Origin: Elusimicrobia bacterium GWD2_63_28
GTDB lineage: Bacteria; Elusimicrobiota; Elusimicrobia; Elusimicrobiales; UBA9959
Assembly: GCA_001799895.1 (NCBI GenBank)
Contig: MGUI01000004.1
Coordinates: forward strand, 20,961 to 84,960
DNA: 64,000 nt
Direction: 5' to 3'
A program made the position numbers and the translations under genes. The notes under the pieces were generated by a model. It was not told the DNA's origin. It saw nothing but the letters and a program-made list of their open reading frames with translations, and searched no databases. Shown one piece after another: positions 55,573 to 64,000 of the stretch. Positions within the stretch are counted from its first letter, which is position 1; each line of letters opens with the position of its first letter.

Positions 55573-58500
55573 ATGAATTTAAAATTGAACTCAAAGATCA
55601 CGGCGGCGGCGGCCGGGCTTATCCTGCTGGTCATGGCCGGCCTGGGCGGCCTGCTTTATCAGAATCTGGACCAGTGGCGCAAAACCGAGAGGCAGATACG
55701 GCATACCAGGGACTCTATCCGCATTTATGAAGAGCTGTACTCCCAGGTGCTCGCGGCCGAGTCGGCGGTCCGTGCCTACGTTATAACCGCGAGCCCCTCC
55801 GCGCTGCCCGCTTACGCTAAAGCCTCCGCCGCCGTTCAAAGAGAACTGCTCTTCCTGAAGCGCATGGAAAAAGAGCATTCCGCGCAGGTACCCGCCCTTC
55901 AGGCTCTTGAAGAGCTTCTCAAGCAGCGCAAAACTATCCTGGACGAGTCGGTACTGCTCAGGAGGACACAGGGGTTTGAAGCCGTCCGCGTTTTTGCCAG
56001 CAAGGGAACCGGCACCCGCCTCTCGGCGGAGATCGACAAGGTGATAAGGGAGGCGCAGGCAACCGAGCGGCGGGACCTCTCAGGCCGGCAGGAGGAGTCC
56101 AGGGCGGCCTCGGCGCAGCGCAGCCTGCTGCTGACGGCTATCTTCATCATCATTTTCCTCGTAGTGCTGGCCGCGCTGGGAGTGGTGCTGCAGGCTGCGC
56201 GCAGGCGCCGCCTGGCGGAAGAGGAACTGGCTGACGCCCACGAAAGGCTCAGAAGCGTGCTGGACGCCGCCGACCAGGTGGGCATTATAGCTACCGACCT
56301 GAAAGGCGTAATTACTCTTTTCAACAAGGGCGCCGAGAAGATGCTGGGCTACCGCGCCGAAGAAGTGGTCAACCTGAAAACTCCAGCGCTCCTCCACCTT
56401 TCGCCGGAAGTGGAGGCCAGGGGCAAAGAACTCACCGAAAAGCTGGGCCGGCCCGTGCAGGGCTTCGACGTCTTCGTGGAAACCGCCAGGCAGGGCGGCT
56501 TCGACAGGCGGGAGTGGACCTATGTCAGCAAGGACGGCAGGCCTTTCCCCGTGGAGCTCGTCGTGACCGCGATAAAGGACCATAACGGCCTCCTCACCGG
56601 CTTCGTGGGCCTGGCCACCGACATCAGCTCGCGCAAGGCCTCCCAACTGCAGATGCGCAAGCTCTCCGCCGCCATTAAAGCCAGCCCCACCTCCATCGTC
56701 ATCACCGACAAAGAAGGCCGGATAGAATACGCCAACCCCAAGTTTTTAGAGCTGACCGGCTATACCGAGGCGGAGCTGCTGGGCCAGAACCCGAAGGTGA
56801 TAGCCTCCGGCAAAACGCCCGTGAGCGTGTATAAAGAGCTCTGGGACACCCTGCTGGCCGGCCGCGAATGGCAGGGCGAGCTGCTCAACCGCAAGAAGAG
56901 CGGAGAACTTTTCTGGGAGCACGCCTCCATCTCGCCGGTCAAGGACCCGCAGGGGAATATCACCAACTTCGTGGCGGTCAAGCTGGACATTACCGACCGC
57001 CGGCTGGCCCAGAAGGAAACCGAGAAGGCCCGCGACGCCGCCGTGCAGCTGGCCCGGATGAAGTCCGAATTCCTGGCCAATATGAGCCACGAGATCCGCA
57101 CGCCGATGAACGCCATCATAGGCATGACCGGCCTGCTGATGGATACCCCGCTGACCGGGCAGCAGCGCGACTATGTCAGGACGGTGAACGGGGCGGGCGA
57201 GGCGCTGCTCGACATCATCAACGACATCCTGGATTTCTCCAAGATAGAGTCGGGCAAGCTGCTCATCGAGAAAATGGACTTTAACCTGCGCGAAACCGTG
57301 GAAGGCACGGGAGACCTGCTGGCCTCCCGCGCGCAGGCCAAAGAGATAGAGCTGGCCTATTTCATAGAGGCCGGCGTCCCCCCCGCCCTGCGGGGCGACC
57401 AGGGCCGGCTGCGGCAGGTGCTGTTGAACCTGATGGGCAACGCCGTGAAGTTCACCGAGAAGGGAGAGGTGGTGCTGAGGGTTTCGACCGTCCGCGAGGA
57501 CGCCGGCTCCGCCGTGCTGAAGTTCGCCGTGAAGGATACCGGCATAGGCATTTCCCCGGAGGCGCAGAAAAACCTTTTCGAAGTATTCATGCAGGCCGAC
57601 GCCTCCACCACGCGCAAATACGGCGGCACAGGCCTGGGCCTCTCCATCTCCAGGAAGCTGGTGGAACTGATGGGCGGAACCATAGGCCTGGAGAGCGAGC
57701 CGGGCAGTGGGTCCACCTTCTGGTTCACCCTGCCGTTCGACAAGGCGGCCGCCGGCGCCGCCCCGGAACTGCCCGCGGCGGACGTGACCGGCGTGCGGGC
57801 CCTGATAGTGGACGACAACGCCGCCAACAGGGAGATAGTAAGCCGCTACCTGGAGGCCTGGGGCATGCGCTACGAGACCGCGGACTCGGGCCGGGCCGCG
57901 CTGGAGATCCTCAGGCGGGAAGCGGCCGGCAGCGACCCTTTCAGGCTGATGGTCCTGGACATGCAGATGCCCGGGATGGACGGGCTGATGCTGGCGGCGG
58001 AGATGAAGAAGAACCCCGCCTTGGCGGGTATCCGCAAAGTCATGATGACTTCGCTGGGCCATGAATTGCCGCAGCGCGAGCTCGACGAGACCGGCATCTC
58101 GGCCTGCCTGGGCAAGCCGGTGCGGCCGCTTGCCCTGCTGAAGAAGATCTCCATGGCGCTGGCCGGCGCCGAGGCCGAGCCGGCCGCCGAGCCGCAGGCC
58201 GCGGCTGTAGACCGGCCGCTCAATAAATATTTCCGGGTGCTGGTGGCCGAGGACAATACGGTCAACCAGAAGGTGGCGCTCAAGCAGCTGGAAAAACTGG
58301 GCTACGAGGCCGACGTGGTGGCCAACGGCCTGGAAGTGCTGGAGGCGCTGAAGCGCCGCCCCTACGACCTGGTGCTGATGGACTGCCAGATGCCGGAGAT
58401 GGACGGCTTCCAGGCCACGGAGGCGATCCGGAAAGAAGAGGCCGGGCAGCGGCATCTTCCGGTGGTGGCCATGACGGCCAACGCCATGCAGGGCGACCGC

Positions 58501-58944
58501 GAGAAATGCATAGCCGCCGGCATGGACGGCTACATCCCCAAGCCGGTGCGGCTGGAGAAGCTGGCCGAGGCGCTGGCCAAATGGGACACACCGCTGGACG
58601 CCGCCGTAGTCGGAGAACTCCGCGCCCTCGCCGGACCGGAAAGCCCCGGGTTTTTCGCCGACCTGGCGAAGGCCTTCCTGGCGGACCTGCCGGGCCGGCT
58701 GGCAGCCATACGGGCAGCCGTCCTTTCCGGTGACGGGGAGGCCCTGCGCCAGGCCGCCCACGCCCTGAAGGGCAGCTCCGGCAATATGGGAGCCAAGCGC
58801 CTGCAGAAGCTCTGCCTGCAGCTGGAGAACTCCGGGAGGTCCGGCTCCATGGGCGGAGCCCCGGAACTGCTGGGCGCCCTTGAGACTGAAACTCCGCTGA
58901 CCCGCGCCGCGCTGGAAGCCGAGGCCTCCGGGGCCGGGCGCTAG
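55573..58944 (+). CDS. Hybrid sensor histidine kinase (CHASE3-like, 2x PAS, HisKA, HATPase_c, 2x REC, HPt)
   Basis: N-terminal TM + CHASE3-like helix bundle, H-box [19 protein letters not shown], two receiver domains ([20 protein letters not shown]), HPt [12 protein letters not shown]. Confidence 0.9.
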   Translation: MNLKLNSKITAAAAGLILLVMAGLGGLLYQNLDQWRKTERQIRHTRDSIRIYEELYSQVLAAESAVRAYVITASPSALPAYAKASAAVQRELLFLKRMEKEHSAQVPALQALEELLKQRKTILDESVLLRRTQGFEAVRVFASKGTGTRLSAEIDKVIREAQATERRDLSGRQEESRAASAQRSLLLTAIFIIIFLVVLAALGVVLQAARRRRLAEEELADAHERLRSVLDAADQVGIIATDLKGVITLFNKGAEKMLGYRAEEVVNLKTPALLHLSPEVEARGKELTEKLGRPVQGFDVFVETARQGGFDRREWTYVSKDGRPFPVELVVTAIKDHNGLLTGFVGLATDISSRKASQLQMRKLSAAIKASPTSIVITDKEGRIEYANPKFLELTGYTEAELLGQNPKVIASGKTPVSVYKELWDTLLAGREWQGELLNRKKSGELFWEHASISPVKDPQGNITNFVAVKLDITDRRLAQKETEKARDAAVQLARMKSEFLANMSHEIRTPMNAIIGMTGLLMDTPLTGQQRDYVRTVNGAGEALLDIINDILDFSKIESGKLLIEKMDFNLRETVEGTGDLLASRAQAKEIELAYFIEAGVPPALRGDQGRLRQVLLNLMGNAVKFTEKGEVVLRVSTVREDAGSAVLKFAVKDTGIGISPEAQKNLFEVFMQADASTTRKYGGTGLGLSISRKLVELMGGTIGLESEPGSGSTFWFTLPFDKAAAGAAPELPAADVTGVRALIVDDNAANREIVSRYLEAWGMRYETADSGRAALEILRREAAGSDPFRLMVLDMQMPGMDGLMLAAEMKKNPALAGIRKVMMTSLGHELPQRELDETGISACLGKPVRPLALLKKISMALAGAEAEPAAEPQAAAVDRPLNKYFRVLVAEDNTVNQKVALKQLEKLGYEADVVANGLEVLEALKRRPYDLVLMDCQMPEMDGFQATEAIRKEEAGQRHLPVVAMTANAMQGDREKCIAAGMDGYIPKPVRLEKLAEALAKWDTPLDAAVVGELRALAGPESPGFFADLAKAFLADLPGRLAAIRAAVLSGDGEALRQAAHALKGSSGNMGAKRLQKLCLQLENSGRSGSMGGAPELLGALETETPLTRAALEAEASGAGR

Positions 58945-58945
58945 C

Positions 58946-59716
58946 GTGGAATTCCTCCCCGCCCAGGCCTGGTTGCCTCTGGCCCTGCTGGTTTTCCTGG
59001 CCGGCTTCGTGGACTCCATCGCCGGGGGCGGCGGGTTGATAACCCTGCCCGCCTACCTGGCCTACGGCCTGCCCCCCTCGCTGCTGCTGGGCACCAACAA
59101 GCTCTCTTCGTGCCTGGGCACCGCGGTGGCGGCGGCGAAATTCCTGAAGGAAATGCGCTTCCGCGGCGACTTCCTGTTCATCCTCGTCATGCTGGCGGCC
59201 GGCGGCTCTTTCCTGGGCGCCAAGGCCATCTCCATGGTGCCGCCGGAGCTGATACGCTACCTGCTGATCATCCTGCTGCCGCCGGTGGCCCTCTTCCTGG
59301 CCGCGCGCAAAAGTTTCGGCCTGGCCGACACCAGCCGGGCACATAGCGAGGGAGCGCTGCTGGGGCGCTCGGGCGCCATCTCGTTCGGAGTGAGTTTTTA
59401 CGACGGGCTGCTGGGGCCGGGCACCGGCACCTTCCTGGCCGTGGCCTTCGCACGGCTCTGCGGCTTCGACCTGCTGCGCTCCACGGCGCTGGCCAAGCTG
59501 CTGAACCTGGTATCCAACGCCGCGGCGCTGGCGGCCTTTCTCTATTTCGGAATGGTGGACGTGCGGCTGGGCCTGGCGATGGGCGCGGCCGGCATGGCGG
59601 GCAATTACGCCGGCTCCCACGTCGCCCTGAAAAAGGGCGCGTGGGTCATCAGGCCGATGCTCTTCACCGTCTCGGCCGGCCTGCTGCTAAAAATAGCTTG
59701 GGATATGCTCAGGTGA
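58946..59716 (+). CDS. TSUP (TauE/SafE) family membrane transporter
   Basis: Polytopic protein; IAGGGGLITLPAYL signature; GTG start. Confidence 0.7.
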   Translation: MEFLPAQAWLPLALLVFLAGFVDSIAGGGGLITLPAYLAYGLPPSLLLGTNKLSSCLGTAVAAAKFLKEMRFRGDFLFILVMLAAGGSFLGAKAISMVPPELIRYLLIILLPPVALFLAARKSFGLADTSRAHSEGALLGRSGAISFGVSFYDGLLGPGTGTFLAVAFARLCGFDLLRSTALAKLLNLVSNAAALAAFLYFGMVDVRLGLAMGAAGMAGNYAGSHVALKKGAWVIRPMLFTVSAGLLLKIAWDMLR

Positions 59717-60491
59717 GCATGGCCAGCAGCCCGAAGCGGCCGGTCTTCTCGCCGTCGCGCCGCCAGGAATAGAACATTTCTTTTTCCGAGTAAGTGCAGA
59801 GGTGCATGAACTCGTGCTGCCGGACGCCCAGCGCCTCCAGGCGCTGGCGCAGCAGCTCCCGCAGGTTGAAATAATGCCTCCCTTCCTTCAGGGTCACGAA
59901 GCGCTTGTGCGCGCCGTCGGGATAAAAGGCCGTCAGCTTCTCCAGGAAATCTTCCTTTACCGGGTAATGCGCCGCCGAGATCATGGGCGACACGCCCGCC
60001 ACGATATCGCCGGGCGCGCAGCCGAAGCGCAGCTTCATCGCCGCCAGGGCGGCCCCGTATACGTCCAGCAGCGCCCCGCGCCAGCCGCTGTGGATCACGG
60101 CGATCACCTTGCGGGCGGGGTCGTAGAAGCAGGTGAGGGCGCAGTCGGCGGAAAGGCCGAGCAGCGGCACGCCGGGCGCGGCCGTCACTATAGCGTCTGT
60201 ATACTCCGGGGGCACGCCGCCGCCGCCTTCGAGCACCACCACGTTGGCCGTGTGCCGCTGGCGCATGCGCTCCAGCCGGGCGGGCTCCGCGCCTATGGCC
60301 GCGCAGAGCAGCGCCAGGTTCTCCTCCACGCTTTCTATCTTGTCCCCGACGGCCGCGCTCAGGTTCAGCCCGGCGTAAGCCCCGGCGCTGGCGCCGCCCT
60401 GGCGCGTGGAAACCGCGCATTGCAGGCCGGCCTGGCCCTTAAAAATGTCGAAGCGCAGCAGCTTCAGCCCGTCTTTCTCTTCGGTATGCAT
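59709..60491 (-). CDS. pgeF: Peptidoglycan editing factor PgeF / YfiH (laccase-domain, DUF152) family
   Basis: RQRHTANVV, SADCA, VIHSGWRG motifs. Confidence 0.8.
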   Translation of the reverse strand: MHTEEKDGLKLLRFDIFKGQAGLQCAVSTRQGGASAGAYAGLNLSAAVGDKIESVEENLALLCAAIGAEPARLERMRQRHTANVVVLEGGGGVPPEYTDAIVTAAPGVPLLGLSADCALTCFYDPARKVIAVIHSGWRGALLDVYGAALAAMKLRFGCAPGDIVAGVSPMISAAHYPVKEDFLEKLTAFYPDGAHKRFVTLKEGRHYFNLRELLRQRLEALGVRQHEFMHLCTYSEKEMFYSWRRDGEKTGRFGLLAMLT

Positions 60492-60531
60492 TGTTCTCCC
60501 CCTTGCCCGCTCAAATTATAACAGACGGCGC

Positions 60532-61437
60532 TCAGCTCTTCAAGGCAAGTATGTAGGACTTGACGATCCGCGACGGAAAATAGGACTCCTTGGCTTTTTT
60601 AAGACCGGGGAGGCCGAGGTCGTTCTCTTTGTTGATGCTCGCGTACCCGGCCGGCACGGCCTTGGCGGCCTCGCTGTCGAGGAACTGGTAAAGCCCTTTC
60701 ACGCCGGAGTCGGCCTTCTCGAAGTTGAGCGTCCAGGTGTCGGCGGTGAGCCGCGAGCCGAAGGCGAACCCGGCCAGCCGCCCGCCCAGCTCCACCGCCA
60801 CGCCGGACATTTCCAGCTCTTTAAAATGTTCCAGGGCGTTGACGATGGCCTTGCGCTCGCAGTTGGGGATGTCCGCTATCACCGGCCCGCCGCGCACCTG
60901 CTCCCACTGGTCGAAGAGCTCCAGGCACTCGCGCAGGCAGACGCCCTGCATGGGCTTTACCGCGGCCGTCGGGCCGCAGGCCTTGGCGAACTGCGCTATC
61001 AGATTGCGCTTCTTGGAATACTTGTGCCCCTTCAGCTGCGCCAGATCGGAAGCTGCGTAAATGTAATCGCCGTAGCCGGATTCCTCCTGCACCGTGAAGA
61101 AGCCCTCGATATTGGCCAGCCCTATGATCTCCAGGTAATCCTGCGGCACATAATGGTAGCACGGGAAGTCCAGCGCGCGCGCGGCCTCGGCCAGTTCCTT
61201 GGGCGTGGGGTAGCGGAAGGGCCTGAGCAGCGGCAGCAGCATGCGGCGGCGGGAAGGGTCCTCGATATCGGCTTCGGAAAGGAAAAGCGTGCCGTTTTCT
61301 TCGCGCCAGAAGGCCTCGTGCAGGCAGCCGCTCCAGATGATCATGGAGGCCAGCGAATACGGGCAGAGCGGGTAAAGCTGCCCGTTGAACCAGGGCTTCA
61401 GGCGCCGGTAATCGTGCGGCTCGAGTTTTTTAAACAT
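60532..61437 (-). CDS. DUF2156 (lysyl-PG-synthase C-terminal-like, GNAT fold) protein
   Basis: 301 aa; layout resembles the DUF2156 family; overlaps the upstream GNAT gene by 8 nt. Call from general resemblance only. Confidence 0.45.
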   Translation of the reverse strand: MFKKLEPHDYRRLKPWFNGQLYPLCPYSLASMIIWSGCLHEAFWREENGTLFLSEADIEDPSRRRMLLPLLRPFRYPTPKELAEAARALDFPCYHYVPQDYLEIIGLANIEGFFTVQEESGYGDYIYAASDLAQLKGHKYSKKRNLIAQFAKACGPTAAVKPMQGVCLRECLELFDQWEQVRGGPVIADIPNCERKAIVNALEHFKELEMSGVAVELGGRLAGFAFGSRLTADTWTLNFEKADSGVKGLYQFLDSEAAKAVPAGYASINKENDLGLPGLKKAKESYFPSRIVKSYILALKS

Positions 61438-61840
61438 TTTTTGTCAGGGCCGCGTGGCGCGGCGGGGTGGCATAGCCGAGGCGCCGGTAGAAAGGCGCGG
61501 AGCCGCCGCTGGCTATCAGGCCTATCCAGCGGATCCCGTCCTTCTTCAGGCGGGCCTCCAGGCGGCGCAGCAGGCCGGAGCCGATATCCCGGCCGCGGAA
61601 TTCCTTGGCCACGGCCACGTCGTGTATGTAGGCCTCCTTGGAGAGGGCGTTCACGGCGCGGCCCATGCCCGCCAGTTTTCCCCCCTCGAAGGCCGCCAGG
61701 AAGCAGTGGGTGTCGCGCACTATCCGGCGCAGCAGGGCCCGGCTGTCGGACTTGTCCCACCAGCCCTGCTCCGCGTAGAGCGCGGTGAGCTGGTCCAGGG
61801 TTTTCTCGTCGGGATTTTTAAGGAAGCGGTAGCGTATCAT
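61430..61840 (-). CDS. GNAT-family N-acetyltransferase
   Basis: Acetyl-CoA motif VAVAKEFRGRDIGSGLLRRLE. Confidence 0.75.
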   Translation of the reverse strand: MIRYRFLKNPDEKTLDQLTALYAEQGWWDKSDSRALLRRIVRDTHCFLAAFEGGKLAGMGRAVNALSKEAYIHDVAVAKEFRGRDIGSGLLRRLEARLKKDGIRWIGLIASGGSAPFYRRLGYATPPRHAALTKNV

Positions 61841-61932
61841 GCGTCAAAAAAATCGTATCTTATATGCCGCGCGCCGGTCAAACCAATAAAAAGCCCGGGA
61901 GATCCCGGGCTTTTCAAGGCGCGCTCGCCCGC

Positions 61933-63216
61933 TTATATTACCTTATAGGGGTTGTCGGTCACGCTCAGCAGGTAGACCGCGGCCTTGATATTGCGCTCCA
62001 CGGCGCCCTTCACTATGGCGGCGCCGGGGTAGAAGCCGCGGCCCTCCAGCTCGAAGGTGAAGGCCAGCACGCCGGTGGCGGCGTAGGCCCAGTCGGCGCT
62101 GTCGCCGGTGGCCACGTACATGTCGCTGGACTTGCGGGGCTCGTAGTTGGTCAGCTTGCCCATCTCGGTCGCTATCTTGATGAAGGCCTTCTTATCCTTC
62201 TCTTCGGGCACGTCGGCGTCGTTGCCGCCCCAGGGGTAAAGGATCTCGCTGGCGTAGGAGTGGTAGGTGATGTGCGTCTTCAGGTTACGGCGGGCTTCGA
62301 AGAAGCGCTTGATATTCTGGCTCTCGACCTCGGAGAAGGCCTTGGGGCCGCAGTAGGTGTCGGAGCCGGGATAGGTAGAGGCGCCCGACTCGCACCACCA
62401 GGAGTCGAAGTTGCGGTTCAGGTCCACGCCGCGCGAGCCGCCGGCGTTCTTGGCCATGTTCTTGCGGTAGTACTGGTAGGAGCCGGTCTTGATGTCGAAC
62501 TCGGAGCCGTCGGGATTGGCCATCGGGGCGATATAGATGTCCAGCGTGGAGATATATTTCTTCACGTCGGCGTCGTTGCGGTGCTCCAGCAGCCAGGCGG
62601 CCAGCAGCACGGAGACCTCGGTGGTCAGGTGCTCGCGGGCGTGCAGGTTGCCCATGAAGAAGGCGCCGGGCTTGGAGCTGGGGCCGTCGCCCTTGACGGA
62701 GGAGTTGATGCGCAGGCACCAGATGTCCCGGCCTTCCACGGTCTTGCCGATCGAGAACAGCGAGGCGATGTCGGGATTGGCCGCGGCCAGCTGCTTGAGC
62801 AGGTCGTAGGTCTCCTGGTAATTGTGGTAGATGGCGTCCTGCGAAGGGAAATCCTTGGCGCGGGCGGCGTAGTCGGCCATCGAAACTTTGCTGACGACGC
62901 CGAAAGACTTGGAGGACAGCAGGCCCAGCAGGTCGGGACCGGCGAAACCGGAGACGCTGCCTTTCTCTATCTCCACTATGTCGAAGCCGGCTTCCAGCAG
63001 GCGGGTGCGGGCGTGCTTGTCGGCGGCCTTAACGGTAACCCAGTAGCGGCCGTCGGCGGCCCTGTCAGAGGCCTGGGCGGCCACGGGGGCGACGGGGATC
63101 TCCTGCTCTACGCGGGTGAGCTGGTTTAAAAGCTGGTCGAAAGAAAGGTTTTCCGCGGCAAATACGGGAAGAGCTAAAGTGCCGGTCAGGATGAGGGAGA
63201 GAAGAAGTTTAAGCAT
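61933..63216 (-). CDS. Secreted M14-family zinc carboxypeptidase
   Basis: Signal peptide; HAREHLTTE (HxxE) and ITYHSYASEILYPWG zinc-ligand contexts. Confidence 0.8.
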   Translation of the reverse strand: MLKLLLSLILTGTLALPVFAAENLSFDQLLNQLTRVEQEIPVAPVAAQASDRAADGRYWVTVKAADKHARTRLLEAGFDIVEIEKGSVSGFAGPDLLGLLSSKSFGVVSKVSMADYAARAKDFPSQDAIYHNYQETYDLLKQLAAANPDIASLFSIGKTVEGRDIWCLRINSSVKGDGPSSKPGAFFMGNLHAREHLTTEVSVLLAAWLLEHRNDADVKKYISTLDIYIAPMANPDGSEFDIKTGSYQYYRKNMAKNAGGSRGVDLNRNFDSWWCESGASTYPGSDTYCGPKAFSEVESQNIKRFFEARRNLKTHITYHSYASEILYPWGGNDADVPEEKDKKAFIKIATEMGKLTNYEPRKSSDMYVATGDSADWAYAATGVLAFTFELEGRGFYPGAAIVKGAVERNIKAAVYLLSVTDNPYKVI

Positions 63217-63361
63217 TGCTGAAAGCCTCCGCCGCGGTATTGACTATAATCAATCTATACTAATTATAGGACCCAAAGGGCAAATTCCGCAAGACCAAAA
63301 GACCCACGCACGCATAGGCCCTAGGGCCTATGACGAATGTCAATAGAACTGACGGATCTAA

Positions 63362-63979
63362 TTATTTGAACAGGCCGCTCAGGCCGAGCGCCAGGTACCA
63401 CAGGCCGGCTATCAGCAGGGTGAGGCGGCCTATCTCGTTAGCGCGCCGGCCCAGCCAGGGAGTGCCCAGCAGCACCGGCGAAATGAACAGGGAAGTGGCG
63501 GCAAAGAAGCCGCCGAAATAAGCGAAGCCTTTCGGCACGTCAGCCAGCTCCAGCAGGCGGATAAAACCCGCCGCGAAAGGCGGGCAGATGTTTATCCCGG
63601 TCACGAAGCCCAGGACCAGCGGGAGGCGGCTGAACCAGGGGTTGAGGTCTTTCTTCAGGAAGCAGGGGCCGCCTTTAACCGAGACGCGGGAGACGGCCAG
63701 GAACGCCATCAGCCCCCCGCAGCCCGCCATGGAGGCCGGCAGCAGCCAGGACGGCAGGGCGTACTGCCCGGCCTTGCCGGCCAGCGAGGCCAGCAGCGCG
63801 AACAGCATGTAGGCGGCGAAGCGGCCGCCCAGGAACTGCAGGAAGATGTAGAAGTTGAATTTCCAGGCGGCTTTTCCCTCCGCCATCAGGTAGGGCGCCA
63901 GCAGCGGCAGGCAGGAGGCCAGGCAGTAGAACCCGGTGGAAAGGCCCAGCAAAAAACCTTCGGAGAACAGCGCCGGCAC
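63362..63979 (-). CDS. Polytopic membrane protein (DsbD_2/TauE-like)
   Basis: Six hydrophobic segments; N-terminal GFYCLASCLP motif. Confidence 0.4.
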   Translation of the reverse strand: MPALFSEGFLLGLSTGFYCLASCLPLLAPYLMAEGKAAWKFNFYIFLQFLGGRFAAYMLFALLASLAGKAGQYALPSWLLPASMAGCGGLMAFLAVSRVSVKGGPCFLKKDLNPWFSRLPLVLGFVTGINICPPFAAGFIRLLELADVPKGFAYFGGFFAATSLFISPVLLGTPWLGRRANEIGRLTLLIAGLWYLALGLSGLFK

Positions 63980-64000
63980 TTGCTAAATGTCCACTGCGCG

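Noticed and set aside
55591-63129. Other long antisense or alternate-frame ORFs (e.g. 56746..59019 -, 58280..59620 -, 59605..60420 -, 59802..60521 +, 60406..61788 +, 61454..61948 +, 61864..63129 +)
   Set aside because: They have the same GC-driven shadow-ORF composition. They overlap motif-bearing genes (hybrid kinase, TSUP, PgeF, DUF2156, GNAT, M14).

Overview
The window has two compositionally distinct parts. All domain calls are motifs read by eye; no database search or GC calculation was run.

(A) 1..~50.3 kb is a visibly AT-richer integrative island of more than 50 kb.
- Its right end is a tyrosine integrase (49196..50173, -) abutting the 3' end of a tRNA-Met(CAT) gene (50273..50349, -). 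The left end lies beyond the window.
- The island is almost entirely nuclease, helicase and NTPase genes, so I read it as a defence island.
- A 10-gene minus-strand operon (10706 -> <1) carries Eleos/LeoABC-like dynamin GTPases, one split over two ORFs, plus two TPR proteins. It also carries a Zn-finger/TPR-like protein that is missing from the ORF track because it runs off the window edge.
- An unknown-PLD-SNF2 trio runs 16121 -> 10828.
- A five-gene operon (22935 -> 16303) encodes an SF2 helicase, a MORC-like GHKL ATPase, a PLD nuclease, a DUF262 protein and a Hanks kinase. It sits directly downstream of an SspABCD-type phosphorothioation module (23114..29542).
- Further right are a HerA/FtsK-like ATPase fused to wHTH and nuclease-like domains, three small wHTH genes followed by a 21-bp iteron array, and a RadC/DUF2958 block.
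- A WYL-regulator neighbourhood (38.1-48.9 kb) holds an AAA+ ATPase, an MBL/beta-CASP nuclease, several PD-(D/E)xK proteins, a HEAT protein and a Cas4-like/DEDD nuclease.
- Six island promoters, including the distant dynamin operon, share a perfect 20-bp palindrome CGCGACA-N6-TGTCGCG placed exactly 9 nt upstream of a -10-like hexamer. This island-wide regulon, and the uncharacterised gene sets it controls, is the most interesting signal I found.

(B) ~50.6..64 kb is GC-rich host core.
- Genes: rsgA, a metallophosphoesterase, adenine deaminase, a CHASE3/PAS hybrid histidine kinase, a TSUP permease, PgeF/YfiH, a DUF2156 protein, a GNAT, and an M14 carboxypeptidase.
- Many long track ORFs here are GC-driven shadow ORFs.

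I saw no rRNA, CRISPR array or transposase.
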